Both the position numbers and the translations under genes were made by a program. Under the pieces are notes generated by a model that made no database searches, was not told where the DNA came from, and saw only the letters and a program-made list of their open reading frames with translations. 64,000 nucleotides of DNA from Trichoplax adhaerens (taxonomy: Eukaryota > Animalia > Placozoa), in the NCBI RefSeq assembly GCF_000150275.1, contig NW_002060962.1, positions 1,130,203 through 1,194,202 of the forward strand, written 5' to 3'. Below, piece by piece: positions 24,498 to 37,900 of this stretch (the first letter of the stretch is position 1; each line of letters starts with the position of its first letter).

Positions 24498-27102
24498 ATG
24501 GCAGCAAGATTTTACTTTTAACTTTGCTCTATGTTGCACTACTTGCAGTACGGAGCGCCATACAAATCGTAATTCCGTAATATTTATTTTACGCGTATAT
24601 CGCCGAACTTCAAATTGAGAAACTTTTCACTATTCCTACACTTTCTCTGCAGATTGTACTGACCGTAGGCGAACATCTTTCCGCATACAGTATTACGATG
24701 AAAGATATAGTCTTTCGTTAATTATAATTATATATACGATTCTGTTCAACTTAAAGCATGAATTTATATGAACGGTAAGTACTTAGCTGTGTTTAGTTAT
24801 ACAAAACAACCCACAATCGACATTCACCTATGATTTACGAGCATAACCATTTTCTTAACTTTATTTGGAGAAACGGAAATTTTGCTACATTCTGGTTAGA
24901 TTGAACTAATTTTATGGCCGTCCTTATATAATGGCTAAACCTTACTGAAGTGATGCTACTATTTACAATCAATTAATTAAATTGTACTGACTGCAAATAA
25001 TCACTATTGGATAGGAAATACGCAACGAAAGATATATACAATAGCATGAGTTTAAAGCTGTAAATTGATTTCCGATGTACTATTCTGATTGCGACGTTCA
25101 TCGTCTTACTACTGTAATTTTCACAGTACTATATCTCGCTAATTTCGTCAAGTGTGCATAATTTAATTTAATTTATTTTGTGCAGTTAGTTAATTTAAAA
25201 TTGTTCATTCTTGGTTATTTCACCTTATCTTACCAATAAATAATAGATCGAAAGTCTCATACTGTTTGCAAAGTTGTAAACTTCCTATTATACTTTTACA
25301 GCTAAAAAATGAATGGATGACATTTTGACTTTTATCGTTTTGAACAATTGTGAAATCTTTTTTATCGATATTTACGTAACATTTACTGCTTATTATACTG
25401 TATATGTCTACTATTACAGAAACTGATTCAAGTTGACGCTTGATTAAATTTTTAGATTTCTCTTCTGGAACGTATAACATTCGACTTTATGGGTGCTGTC
25501 TGGGCTTTAATTATTGGTAACTTTGTGGCTATCCTTATTACCGTCGTCGGTACTTTCGGAGCTTACCAATTCAGACCACGTTATTTGATTATGGTTAGTA
25601 TTTTTGACATAGTTGGTATTCTCATAAAATAGTTACGGTATGGTCAACATTCGTAATGTTTGTACGGTAATGTCATTGCTATTTCTTTCATATTTTTCAC
25701 GTGTTTCTGTGCCTATATATTAATCCATGTTAAGGAATTCTTTTAGTTGTAACATACACAAATTACAAATTTTTAAGCTTTGCATTCTTACATTAATTAT
25801 GGCATTCAGTACATTCATGAATTAATGCTAATGAGCTATTAATTGCCTCGATTAAATTGATAATTGGAGTGTTTTAAAGACTGACTTGGGTGAAAAATTC
25901 TTTATAATATTTTAGTATCTAATTTGGTCCTTCGCGTGGATTGCTTGCAATGTTGCAGTGATGTTAACCTACTTGGAAATCTCCATTTTTAAACAGGTGA
26001 TTTCAATTTGCGTGTGCGTTAAATCGTTGCTTTGGAAAGTTGTAATCGCCTAGAATCATATAAATTATTACAAACTATGATTAAAAGGTTTATTGGCAAA
26101 TAAAAGGAGATCGCTGACCTTATATGTGACAAAATTAATATCATTGGCTGCTTCTATTTATGATCAATAATGCTTTACTTCCTTTTTTTTAGGGTGGCAC
26201 TATTTTAACAATAAATACGGAAAGCGCAAGTTGGTGGAAAAATAATGGAATTGGCTGCACCGTTGAATATGAGTCGAGCTCTCAGACCGGCTCAACGAGT
26301 TCGGCAATCATTGCGAAAGTAACGGGATGTATCTTAGAATACAAGGTATGGTAATATCTAAACTTATAATAATTCCTTTAAGAATTTTTCATATTTATAC
26401 TGACATTTATAGTGATTACTATTATGTTAATTGAGACTAGAATTCCGAGATCTGATTTGTTTACGTTAAAAGAGTTTTTGTTGGGACTGATAACTTTTAT
26501 TTATTTGTATAATTATAATTAGTATGTTGAGGTCATTCATGCTGGAATCCAATGCTTTTTCTCAGTAAGTTTACTAAGATTACCGTTGACAATTTTATTA
26601 TTTGCTCTTGATGAATGCAGCATTAACTGATGAATTAATTATAGGATTCCAGATAGTCATTTTGGCTAATTTTTTGGTCTTTTTTTACTAAAGTTGTTAG
26701 GTATCATTATTGGTTCTTGGTTAACTCATCGACTGTACAATCCTAAAGCGAGTAAGTCTATTTATTTTGGAACTTCGTTGTTGTCTTTGTGTGCCTAATT
26801 ATTTTGCTAATTCAATTTCTAGTCGATCAATCTGCCAATAGCGCAAGTTACAGATCAACTAATTTTCATTTACAAAATGTGTAAGACAACTTTCATATTC
26901 TGTATTCCAATATATATGACATATTACTGCATAAGTTACTAACTAGTAAAGGATTCTTACACATTATGATTTCACGTGGATTTGTTCATAATAATCCATC
27001 TTTCAGTGCATTTACAGTGATGGCATTATATGTAGTCGTTACCCTTTTAGAAATCTAATAATGCTAACGAAAATTCACTCTTTGCAATATAGAAATTTGT
27101 AA
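24498..27102 (+). CDS. NKAIN: Na+/K+-ATPase interacting protein (NKAIN family)
   Basis: Exon 25457-25592 encodes ISLLERITFDFMGAVWALIIGNFVAILITVVGTFGAYQFRPRYLI. Later exons encode SWWKNNGIGC, GCILEYKYVEVIHAGIQC and LLGIIIG. First and last exons are uncertain. Confidence 0.88.
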
Positions 27103-28538
27103 ACAATATCGTACTGCACACCACAAGAACACAATTCAGATTGCACCGCTTGATTATGGCTTTGGATGTCATTAGTTTACGCTAAATATTTTACCGAATC
27201 AACTCTATATGCACTATCTATCTGTAATCTTTAGCAATACAGTACATAAACTTTATCATTTTTTATTAGCAAGACTTGATTTTAAGCTCCAAATTTTGTC
27301 AAGATAACTTTCTAACCGTGTTAAACGACAGGTGTATGTATATAATCAATTTTTTTATAACGTTTTGCACTATGGGAAAAGTTGCACTCGGATCGATTTT
27401 GAACATTAAGCAAAATTGTAGACTTAGTACAATAAGCATTACTGATTTGTACGTCTTAGTAAATGGGTATATGAGTGACTTTTATCATAGACGTATGAGT
27501 ATCAATGAAAATTTATGTAGCTGTTTCATTTATTGTATAGTCTAGTGTTATTATCCGTTAGAAAGTATACTTCAATATTGTGTGATAACTATATTAGTCT
27601 TCCAGGCATTGATTTAATATTGTTCATGCTCTCGTTAAAGATTTAGATTAGTAGAGGTCTTCAACCTCGAATAGATCTTTCGATTCTAATTGTAATCCGA
27701 GTTCAATACTCGTATACTCGTACTATATACCGTCAGTTGTATTTATGTTATTTTTAATAATAATAATTATTATCACTAGTATTTTAGATGGGGCGTTTTG
27801 TAAATCAACTATTAGTTTAACACTTACCAATCAAGACTACTTTGCTGCAAGATATTGTAATCCTTTTTCAACAGTACTTGTCAGTATGATATCAGAGAAG
27901 AATAAAATATTTCGATATCTCTTAATCTAAGAGTATAATAATTTATTTTCGATGTACAAAAGTTATCAGGGACACGTAGATTATACAATACAGTTACATG
28001 AACAGTCGTTATTTATCAAAACAACAAAAAGTAATTGCTGTCATAATTTGGGTAACGTTGCGGAGATGTCAAAATTCCACTGACATTGGGAGATGAGAAT
28101 ATTTCCATCGTCGCAATAAATAACATACAGATGAATGTAATAGGTTACCTTTCTACATATTACTCTGGCATCATTTTGTGGCGAAATATGTAAGTTCATG
28201 TATTCATCCGACAAAACTTCCGTTAAGATTTTAATATTCCCAAAGTAGATATTCAAAGCTGCGTCGCAAGCTTCACTTTCAACACAGACGGTTGGCAGCC
28301 GTTAGGCGTACATTATCAATAAAATTAATGGGTAAATCCGAAATGCTAGACATTAGGTTTCAGGTTTACACATCGCGGTAGTGTCTTGAAACTTGCGTTT
28401 TTAAACACTGGATAAAAAATTAGGGAATAAGCCAGGATTCAAAGACTAGTATAAATGACAGTGCCGGTTCGTTGAAATGAACAGTAATCACAGTCGTTAC
28501 GAAATTTAATTCGTGCATTTACAATAACTAATTTTCAA

Positions 28539-29659
28539 CTAGTTTTCGGTGCTGACACCATATTTTTCTTTCATACGATCAAGCTCTGATCTCTTCTTCT
28601 CTTTATCCATTTTAGTGAAGGCCTTATTAGACTGATAATATAGAACGACCAAGTAACGATTACAAACGTTAAAGCCTGATAAATGTTCACATGCGTTCTT
28701 GGCATCAAAGATGTCTTCATAAACTACGAAAGCGGTACCTTTCGTATCGGCATTCGTTCCTCTAATAAATCAAATATACAGTTCAGTGTAAGATAGCAAA
28801 AAACTAGATTACTATACCAAGTGTTAGCAATATATTTATGGTAGTACAAGAAGAAATGAGTAACAATTATCTAGCAACAACTAATTACAGTATTATCAAT
28901 CGAACAATTGCCAGGCATAAAATTGATCCAATAGAAGTCAAACATGAATTTTAACCAACTAATTCACAAATAAGAACTTTATCTGACACATTGAGCATAT
29001 ATATATATAAAAATGCACGTACTACAGACTATCGTACGTATCGCTGACTCGGTGTGTCGGATAAAATTCCGATCGTATATCCAATATCATTTAGCGTATT
29101 TAGAATATAATACGAGTATACAAACTGCTCACAGTCGGATTTGTCGAATAGCTCCGTATTTGCCAAAAATGTCGTACAATTCTTCGCCAGTAATTTTATA
29201 CGGTAAATTTCTGACGTACAGGATTCGATTGACTTCAGGTGGTAGTCGTATCTAATACGTATAAGAAAAACATGGAGTTAAACTTGTTATTTCAAAGTTG
29301 TAGATTAAGTTGGTTGAATGGATGGATCGTTCCATTTTGCTATGGACTAATAGTAGACTGAACTGAATTCTGATGTGCGGAAGTGAGTTATCAATGATGC
29401 GATATTGAAGATTTGAAGTTTTGACGTTTACGCAGTGTAGTAAAAAGCTGCACGATCATGGCCAACATTGATTGGATTTGATCCAAGAGATCAACTCCGC
29501 AATTGGGCATGGACAAGCCGTTACTATTTTTCGGTCATTATTCATCATTCCTAACGAACTTTCCAAGTACTTTATGAACTCTAGACTGATTATTCATGAA
29601 AGGAAGATTGTTAATGTAGTAGAATTCAACTTACATTGGAACGCTTTTGCATCGCCATG
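28539..29659 (-). CDS. SF3B6: Splicing factor 3B subunit 6 (SF3b14/p14), 3 exons
   Basis: Exons 29636-29659 (MAMQKRSN), 29133-29251 ([39 protein letters not shown]) and 28539-28761 ([35 protein letters not shown]...EKYGVSTEN*). Confidence 0.97.
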
Positions 29660-29734
29660 ATCACACTTGGGAGTTTTTCTGACCACTGACGAGCAACCCT
29701 TACGCTGATGGCAGTAGTTACCACCACACGACAG

Positions 29735-30730
29735 CACAGTACTGTACAGTAGAGTGCGATAGTAGTGTATGAAGCACTACCGGGAAGAAAGTGACCGAAC
29801 TTTTTCTGCGCGTTTGTCTTGCTCAAAGGTAGTACAGAAACTGAAAACAGAGCTGCTGATTGCATACAGTACAGTAAAAGTCTGGCCAATGCTGTACTAT
29901 ACACTAGTGTACAGTACAGTAGAATGTAAAGGATGCTGCATTAGTAAGTACAGTACTGTGCTGTACAGTACTTTGCGCAGCATCATTACCGTACTGTACA
30001 GTGTAGACTGTAATACTGTACTGTACAGTACTGTGTACTGTACTGTACTTTGTCCGATACTGTACTGGTATGTACAGTGTATACGCATGCGTGGTACTGT
30101 ACAGTACTGTACTGTAAGTCGTGGGAAGACTACTGTACTGTACTGTACTTTGTCTGATACTGTATTGGTATGTACAGTACAGTACAGTACAGTACAGTAC
30201 AGTACAGTACAGCACTGTACAGTGTACTGTAGAATGTGTCTCGTTTCCATTCTACAGTACTGTACTGTACTGTACTGTGTGTACCGTACAGTGTACGTGC
30301 GTGCACCTGCAAGGTGAACCAACCTTATTCACCGTAATCATCTGTCAGGGCATACGCATGCGTGGTCGGCAGCCGCAGTAGGAAGATTGACGTAACTCGG
30401 AAAAAGTCTTTAGACAGTAGTACCTAACTTTTATTGCGTTGGTGCAACGTCTTACTCTTTGAATAATCGCATGAAATTGGAGATACAGACTCCTAGAATA
30501 CAGTAGTGTATCATTCTTTAAGCTAATTACGCTGAGTATCTGAGTAATCGGGGTTATTACCGTATTGCTGGGCCTACTGTACACTGTACAGTACTGTAGT
30601 CTGTAATCTATAGTACTGAGTACAGTACAGTACTGCGTTGAGAGCGACCAGACTACAGTACTATGCACCGTACAGCACAGTCGTAGTACTGTATGCAGAC
30701 TGTACTGTACACTGTACAGTGTACCAGTGT
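29735..30730. repeat. CAGTA/TACTG array filling the SF3B6/HMGCL divergent intergenic region
   Basis: Includes a perfect (TACAG)8 at 30173-30212 and duplicated non-pentamer modules. Confidence 0.95.
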
Positions 30731-30965
30731 ACCTGCAAGGTGAACCACCGTAATCATTTGTCAACATGCAGTAAGTAGTTCCGCTACTGCAGCAGTAGAG
30801 GGACGTAGGCAAGCAAAACTTGCAGTGCAGAACATTTCCTTTCTTCCTTAATCTTTCACTTGAAAATATTATTATTCATCGGTTGTTGAGATAGCCAAAT
30901 GAATAGCAGATACTTATTGAAGAATCAGAGGATACGATCAGGCATTTGGAAGTGGATGAACAACA

Positions 30966-33900
30966 ATGATACTTCCGTTCTTTGCAAGCGTACTCTCGCA
31001 AGTTATGAAAGTTCGGCAAGCAACTCAAAGGTAATGATGAAAATGACATCAACAAGTATGCGTTACCATAAGTGATCTAAGCAGCGAAATGGCATGCGTT
31101 AAAATGGAAAATTCCTACCCTTTGAACAGCATATAGATAATGCAGTATATCATTGACGTTTGGAAAGCAAATTATCGTTCGCCGCTTCAATAGAATTGAT
31201 CTAGTTTATATAACTCAGCTTGCAACAGTTGTCCAAACTGCGGTACGAATTATATGATTATTATACTGTACAGAGTACAGTACTGTGCTGATCACTATCA
31301 ATCACCATACCCTTCGGGGAAGATGGAATTATAGGAAAGAAAGCCTACTTTGCGAGTAATTTGCTTCAGTCATAACTCATGACCATCCAAATTAATGACA
31401 TACTTAGTAGGGTTTTCCACACTGGCCATAGAATGATTGCCACTGTATTTTCGTTATACTGGATAGAATTATATCTGATTATGGTGCAATTGAAGTTATT
31501 AGCATACGGTACAACAATTTTTGAATGACATTGACTAGATACAGTATGCACTCGATTACAATAAAGTACTTATAACGTATCATGAAACATAGTCTACTCT
31601 AGCATTAGTTAACATTCTACTGAATTGATAGGACATTAAAGTAATTACTAATTTCATATTTTTTTTATATTACGGTGTAATTATCACTCTAATAACAGTC
31701 CTCTGGCATGCCGGAATATGTCAAAATTGTTGAGGTTGGTCCGCGTGATGGATTACAAAATATAAAGGTAATATGACATCAAAAACTTATTGGATCAGAA
31801 GTGAATTGGCTTTACAATGTTTTTCTGTTTATTAATTATAAAATGAGTCAAGTTTATACTATACGCTATGTCACAAAACTATTCGTATTTCACATAGTAT
31901 TTGAGTCAGCCTTTTCTCAGCATAAGAGTACTTGTAAGTTTATTTGCTTCCTGGGTAGAATGTTTTATCAACTACAGTATTTATTATCACCATGAATTTA
32001 AAGTAATGCTTATTAAATTATTCAATGACTTCTCTCGAACTGGAATGATCTAATCGATTGTGTCGGTAATATTATAGACATTTGTTCCAACCGATGTGAA
32101 GATCGAATTAATTAATCGTTTATCAAATACAGGATTACCTGTTGTAGAAGTTACTAGCTTTGTCTCTCCGAAATGGGTACCACAGGTGACCGATATTGCT
32201 TAATTAACTGTTTTATCGACGGTATAACTATAAAGTATATCACGTAGGCACAAATGAATTATCTGATTCTTATTATGGATATACTGTATATTATAAAGTA
32301 TTAAGTTGTCTCTGTCTATACCGTACAGCTTTTTACCTCATTGACTGATTAAGATTTCAATTTTGTTTGACGTACTTGCAAATAGTTAAATATTATATTT
32401 GTTGTTACAGATGGCTGATAATGCTGATGTACTGAAAGGTATTGACAAAAATCCAAACGTATCTTACCCAGTTTTAACCCCAAATTTGAAAGGATTTTCT
32501 TCAGCGGTAAGTTTAAGAAGGACAGTATCGTCTGAGTGCTTACAAACTAAATCAAATAATATAAACGTGCTATTTAATTCTCTATTCCGTATTAGTCAGT
32601 ATATGCTATGATACTGCTTATAAAACAAGTCTATTAAGTTGAGTTATAATCAAATTCATTACCTTGTCGTACTTAACATATCCACAATTGTGGTTAGTAA
32701 GAATAATTTAGTGCTGTACCATTAAAGTTTCCAGTTACACCTATATGTAACCTGGAATCACTAAATAGCTTGGATTGATTATAATTTGATTAAAAATTAG
32801 ATGGAAGCTGGTGCAAAAGAAGTTGCAATATTTGGCGCGGTGTCAGAAACTTTTACAAAGTAGGTAGCAATTCTACTAAAATCATATTCCAAATGATACT
32901 TATTACAAAGTTATTCATCAACATTATAATAGCGTAATTGCGTAGATTTATAGTTAGTAATTACATGCTGTTACAACAGTGTACTACAATCCATGCAGCG
33001 TTGCACAAGACTAGTACAAGAAATTCTAGTATATTATGATGAAGCATTCTTAATTATGACGGGGACTATAGTAGGTGGTTATGCCATCACATTTTTTATA
33101 AAAGCATAACATACAACTTCGGATATCAAATTTATATTAGACGCGCCACTTTTCATCTTGTACGATAGCAGATGATGCAAAAACTTTGTCTTAGTTCATT
33201 GCATTGGAATGATATGAAACAGTCCTGTGTTATGGTCTTTCAATCTCCAAATCATATATAAAAATTTTTCTACACTAGGAAGAATGTCAACGCTACTATT
33301 AAGGACAGTCTCGAAAGTTTTAACAGCCTTTGTGATGAAGCAAAGAAATTAAACATCAAAATTAGAGGGTAAATTCGTAATCAAGATATCAATCATTTTG
33401 ATTACCCTGATAAGCTTACATCAAGAATAAAAGTCCATTCAAAGTTGAAAATGTTAGCAATCAATGCCCATTGCATTTTGTTCAATACTAGCTATATTTC
33501 GTGCGTCCTTGGATGCCCGTATGAAGGGAAAATTGAACCGACAGCAGTAGCAAATGTTAGATATACTTATATGAAAAAATCTAAGTAGCCGAATGTAGAT
33601 ATTCTTAAATGAATATTTTATTCCGTTAGCTGAATTAAAAACAGCGTTTCCATCGTTAATTTAGGTTGCCAAACAATTGATTGATATGGGCTGTTATGAA
33701 ATTTCTCTCGGCGATACCATCGGAGTTGGTACACCGGGTAAAAATTGCAAATGTGGAATTTTTTTAGTACCATATCACGCAAAATAGTAGTATAAACCAA
33801 TTTTTTGGACCCTTTAGGTTCTATGGCAGCAATGCTGAAAGAAGTGACGAAAGTTGTACCAGCATCTAAGTTAGCCGTACATTGCCACGATACATATGGA

Positions 33901-34502
33901 CAAGCTTTAGCTAACATTTTAACAGCTATTCAGGTATGAATACTAAAAGAATAAAATTCTTTGCAAAGCAATATATCCATCAAATTTTACAGTATACAGA
34001 ATGTGTAAAGCAGCCGTCATTGTTTACGTTGTTATTTGCTACGTTTGAATTTACAACGGTAAAATTACTGAACTTGTATGAATGTTCTTAAGCAGTAATT
34101 TCAGAATCTAAATTTCGATTTTAGATGGGAGTATCAGTCGTAGATGCGTCAGTAGCAGGATTAGGTGGCTGTCCTTACGCTAAGGGCGCTTCGGGTAACG
34201 TTGCAACCGAAGATGTGGTTTACATGCTAAATGGATTAAATATAAAAACGGTAAGTAAGCATAAATAGCTCAGCTAATGTAGCTAAACTAGCAAAGCTAG
34301 TATCAATTTAGAGTATGGGCAATGATTGATTGAGAATGCACGTTATGATGTCATTTGAAAATGAAAATATCGTAATAACTTTGAATTTACACAATTTCAG
34401 GGTGTAGATTTGAATAGCGTAATAGACTCCGCCAAATTTATTACAGATTTTATTGGAATGCGACCAGAATCGAAAGTGACAAGAGCAATAGCTAAATTAT
34501 AA
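30966..34502 (+). CDS. HMGCL: Hydroxymethylglutaryl-CoA lyase; multi-exon
   Basis: Motifs [60 protein letters not shown] and [30 protein letters not shown]. The protein ends in AKL*. Confidence 0.96.
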
Positions 34503-34900
34503 TATAAATCACGTTTGAAAAAGCCAATCGGATAGATAGAGTGCTTTGAATGAATTATCAATTTGTTGCATTTAATATCCTCTATTTTGCATACAGTTTG
34601 TAATGTCTTTGCCGACTCGAAACCTTACCATACTAGATAATCATATTAAGCTTTGTGATTGGCTTATCAAAATCTTGCTTACAATAAGCAAGTAACGATA
34701 AATTAATTTTACGAATGAGCCATTCATAAGTTGTTAAATTCCAAAAGACTGATGATTGAAAACCTCAGCCAATTGGCCAAACTAATTAGTTTGTTGAATT
34801 ATACCAGATTTTGCCCATGGACAATCGGTTGAATAAATATATCAATAAAAATTTTAGAATAGTAATTTATAGAACGTCTTGCTAGTTGCGTGACCACCAT

Positions 34901-37900
34901 TTAGGATGTAGGCTTTTTTTTAAGTTCTCTTTCTAATTCGGAATAGTGTTTCAGTAAAGCCACAACATGATGATTTCCCGATTTTTCAGCATCATCTATG
35001 GGAATATTCCCCCACCTAACGAGAAAGTTTTCATTGTAACGAAACAGCCTCCTCAGTACAATAAGCTATCCATAAATATAAAGTATATTATTATACAATA
35101 CACACTACAATACTATAAAAATTGGCATTACCTGTCCTTTGGATTAGGATTAACTTTGCACACACTAAGGAGGTATTTAACGACATTGTAATGACCTACG
35201 TAATCAATTAATTTTGACAGCATGAAATTGGACATGTTTGTCTACAGTATCGTAGAGTTAACATAGAGAAATTGTTATCACCTTCAGCCGCTGCAACGTG
35301 TAAGGCTGTTCGCTGATCATAGTCAATCGCTTCCATATCACCGCATTGGCAATATCTATCATTTAATAATTATAGTATCATAACCAAAATGATTGATTGA
35401 ACGACTGGAAGTTAACTCGATTGTTAATGCGCTACGTACCTTTTCAGAGCAGATAAATCGCCACTTGCTGCAGCAGTAAATATTCTACTGTATTTTAATC
35501 CATATACATATTCTGCAGACAATCTCGGATCATTTTTTTCTATGTTTATAAGGCTATCGTAATAATGGAAGTTGAATTCTTCCACTAATCTCTGTAGAAT
35601 GGAAGAAATTATCTACATTGCTCTTTAACGCTATGAGATAAGATTAACAACATTTGACTATACCTTACAAAATTTGACTCCACGAACACTATTACTATGA
35701 TTGTCCAGTAAGGGCGACCAAGTGCAAATTCCCATTACGTTAGGAATAATAATGAATATACCGCCACTAATTCCTGATTTTGCTGGTAAACCAACCTACA
35801 GCAGATGAAAAATTTTATGCAAAACTTCCTATTTAGATTAGTTCTATCAAGAGTGCCTTTAGATCTTAGTTCATATCGAAATTGTATGCACCTCAAATGC
35901 AAATCGTCCCGTATAGTCCGACATTCCACAAGAATTCATGACTGATAAGGTATCTCTTACAGCCGTTTCATTAAACACCTAGAGAGGGCAAATTTTATAA
36001 GATCAATAGCTACATAAGATACACAGTATAAACGGTAGATATTGTAAAGATTAAAAATAATTTAATTACTACCCTCTGTTCAGTAGTAGGACAAATTCCT
36101 CCATTAGCTAGAGTTGCAGCAATTACTGAAGCGGATTCGCACGTTACTTCAACTGAACAAAGTTGAAAGTACAGATCTAATACTTCGTTTAATACTGTAT
36201 CCGGAGGAAAAGCCTAACAACATTTAATTCCGAATGGTTGCTTGACTAAACCAGTATAAAATTTATTTTATTTGGCTAATAATATTAAAATTACAGAAAA
36301 TTGCCATATACCTTCTTTCCAAACATATGATAAGCTAGTGCATAGTTTCGATGCCCGGTTTCCTTTTCGGACAGGAAACTGAAATTTCGTATATTATATT
36401 ATTGTTTAAGAATGAATGTCATGCGCAAGATCATACGTCCCGACATAAATTTAACTTAAAGTAGGAATCGACATTGGATCTTGTATACCCTAATACAATT
36501 CCTGCTTACGTCGGTAAATCAAATCCTATATGCTCATTTCCAGCTGCTTGCTTGTATCGGTCTCTGACCTACCAGATATGAAAACAATATATTAAAATTT
36601 TTGTTAGTTTTATCAACTTAATGACATATGATAGACATTATATACTATGTTTATACAAAATGTAGCGTACGTGTGTAAATCTGTCAGCAGGTGGCATATT
36701 GGGCTAATCGAAGAAGAGGTGAAAGAGTGTTATTCGTATAATTTACTAATTTAAAATTATGATTGCGATTTTTACTATTATTATTTATACGGATAGCTCA
36801 AAGACTATAAATTGTTACCTTCATTAATGCACATCCCATTATGCCACCTTGATTTATCAAAGCATTATACGGTTTACCTACCAGAAATTGATATTAAATA
36901 TTTAATTAAATACAGTAGAAGATGTGATAAATTTGCTTTAAGAGCAAAGGAGCTGCAATAAAGAGGAGCAATTTACATGTACGCTTGATGCAAACAATAC
37001 AACTTACTAGTAAAGTTAAGAAATGACACATTCAGATGTGGGTTAAGTAATTTAACCGCAATGAACTTCTACACATACCCAGAAGTCTTTCATTGTGAGT
37101 TATTAATGAAACAAAGGTAAAATATAACATTGGCTACTACAATATAGGATGATCCAAAACAGACTGAATATCTACTATTTTATTAAGTTCTACTTGTATG
37201 CAAAATGCAAGAAGAGTGCATCTTATGATCCCATATCTTACTATTTAGTAACTATAACGTGCAGTTTACTTTGCGTACCTTCTAAATTCATGCTCATATC
37301 ATGATATCTTCGACCGCTAGGTTCCTGGCCAATAAATTTATGTACCTGTTGTAAGAAACTAATATTACTGTCTTAAAGTGTTACAGTAAGTAACTGTCTT
37401 TGAATATATTGTATATCATATACGAAATACATTTAGTGTGTATTTATAAACGTAATTTATACCACATCTCCTCCACGCTCATCTAATATCATTGCATAAT
37501 TAACACATTTACAGCATGATTGAAGACACCATTTATCTTTGCAATCACCAATGGAAAACCTAAATCAATTTTTACAAGAGGCCTTATTTAAGAATTAAGA
37601 TGAGATCTTACAGTAGTATTTGTTGACTTTATCATACAAGTATATATTTAAATTTTTAGTTAACGTAACAGGCATATTTCTTGTAAGAAATCTTTCGCTA
37701 TTTATCTTAAGAAAAAGCATATTAGCTACAAAGTCATACTTCATTTAAAAAGATCTTAATGTTGACACTGTATATGAAATCTTGGTGATTACTAGAGGTA
37801 ATGAAGAGACACACTAGGTTTGATGCAGGCATACTATGTATAGTTAAAATTTTATGTTACTAGTACCTTTGGCCATCTACAGTACAGACTGCAACACCCC

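Noticed and set aside
29735-30730. Repeat-spacer appearance suggesting a CRISPR array
   Set aside because: The repeat is a 5-bp unit with irregular spacing and strand flips; there is no constant 25-45-bp repeat, no cas genes, and the context is eukaryotic.
29255-33278. C-box-like ATGATGA motifs in SF3B6 and HMGCL introns
   Set aside because: No suitably placed CTGA D box or terminal stem; such motifs are expected by chance in AT-rich DNA.
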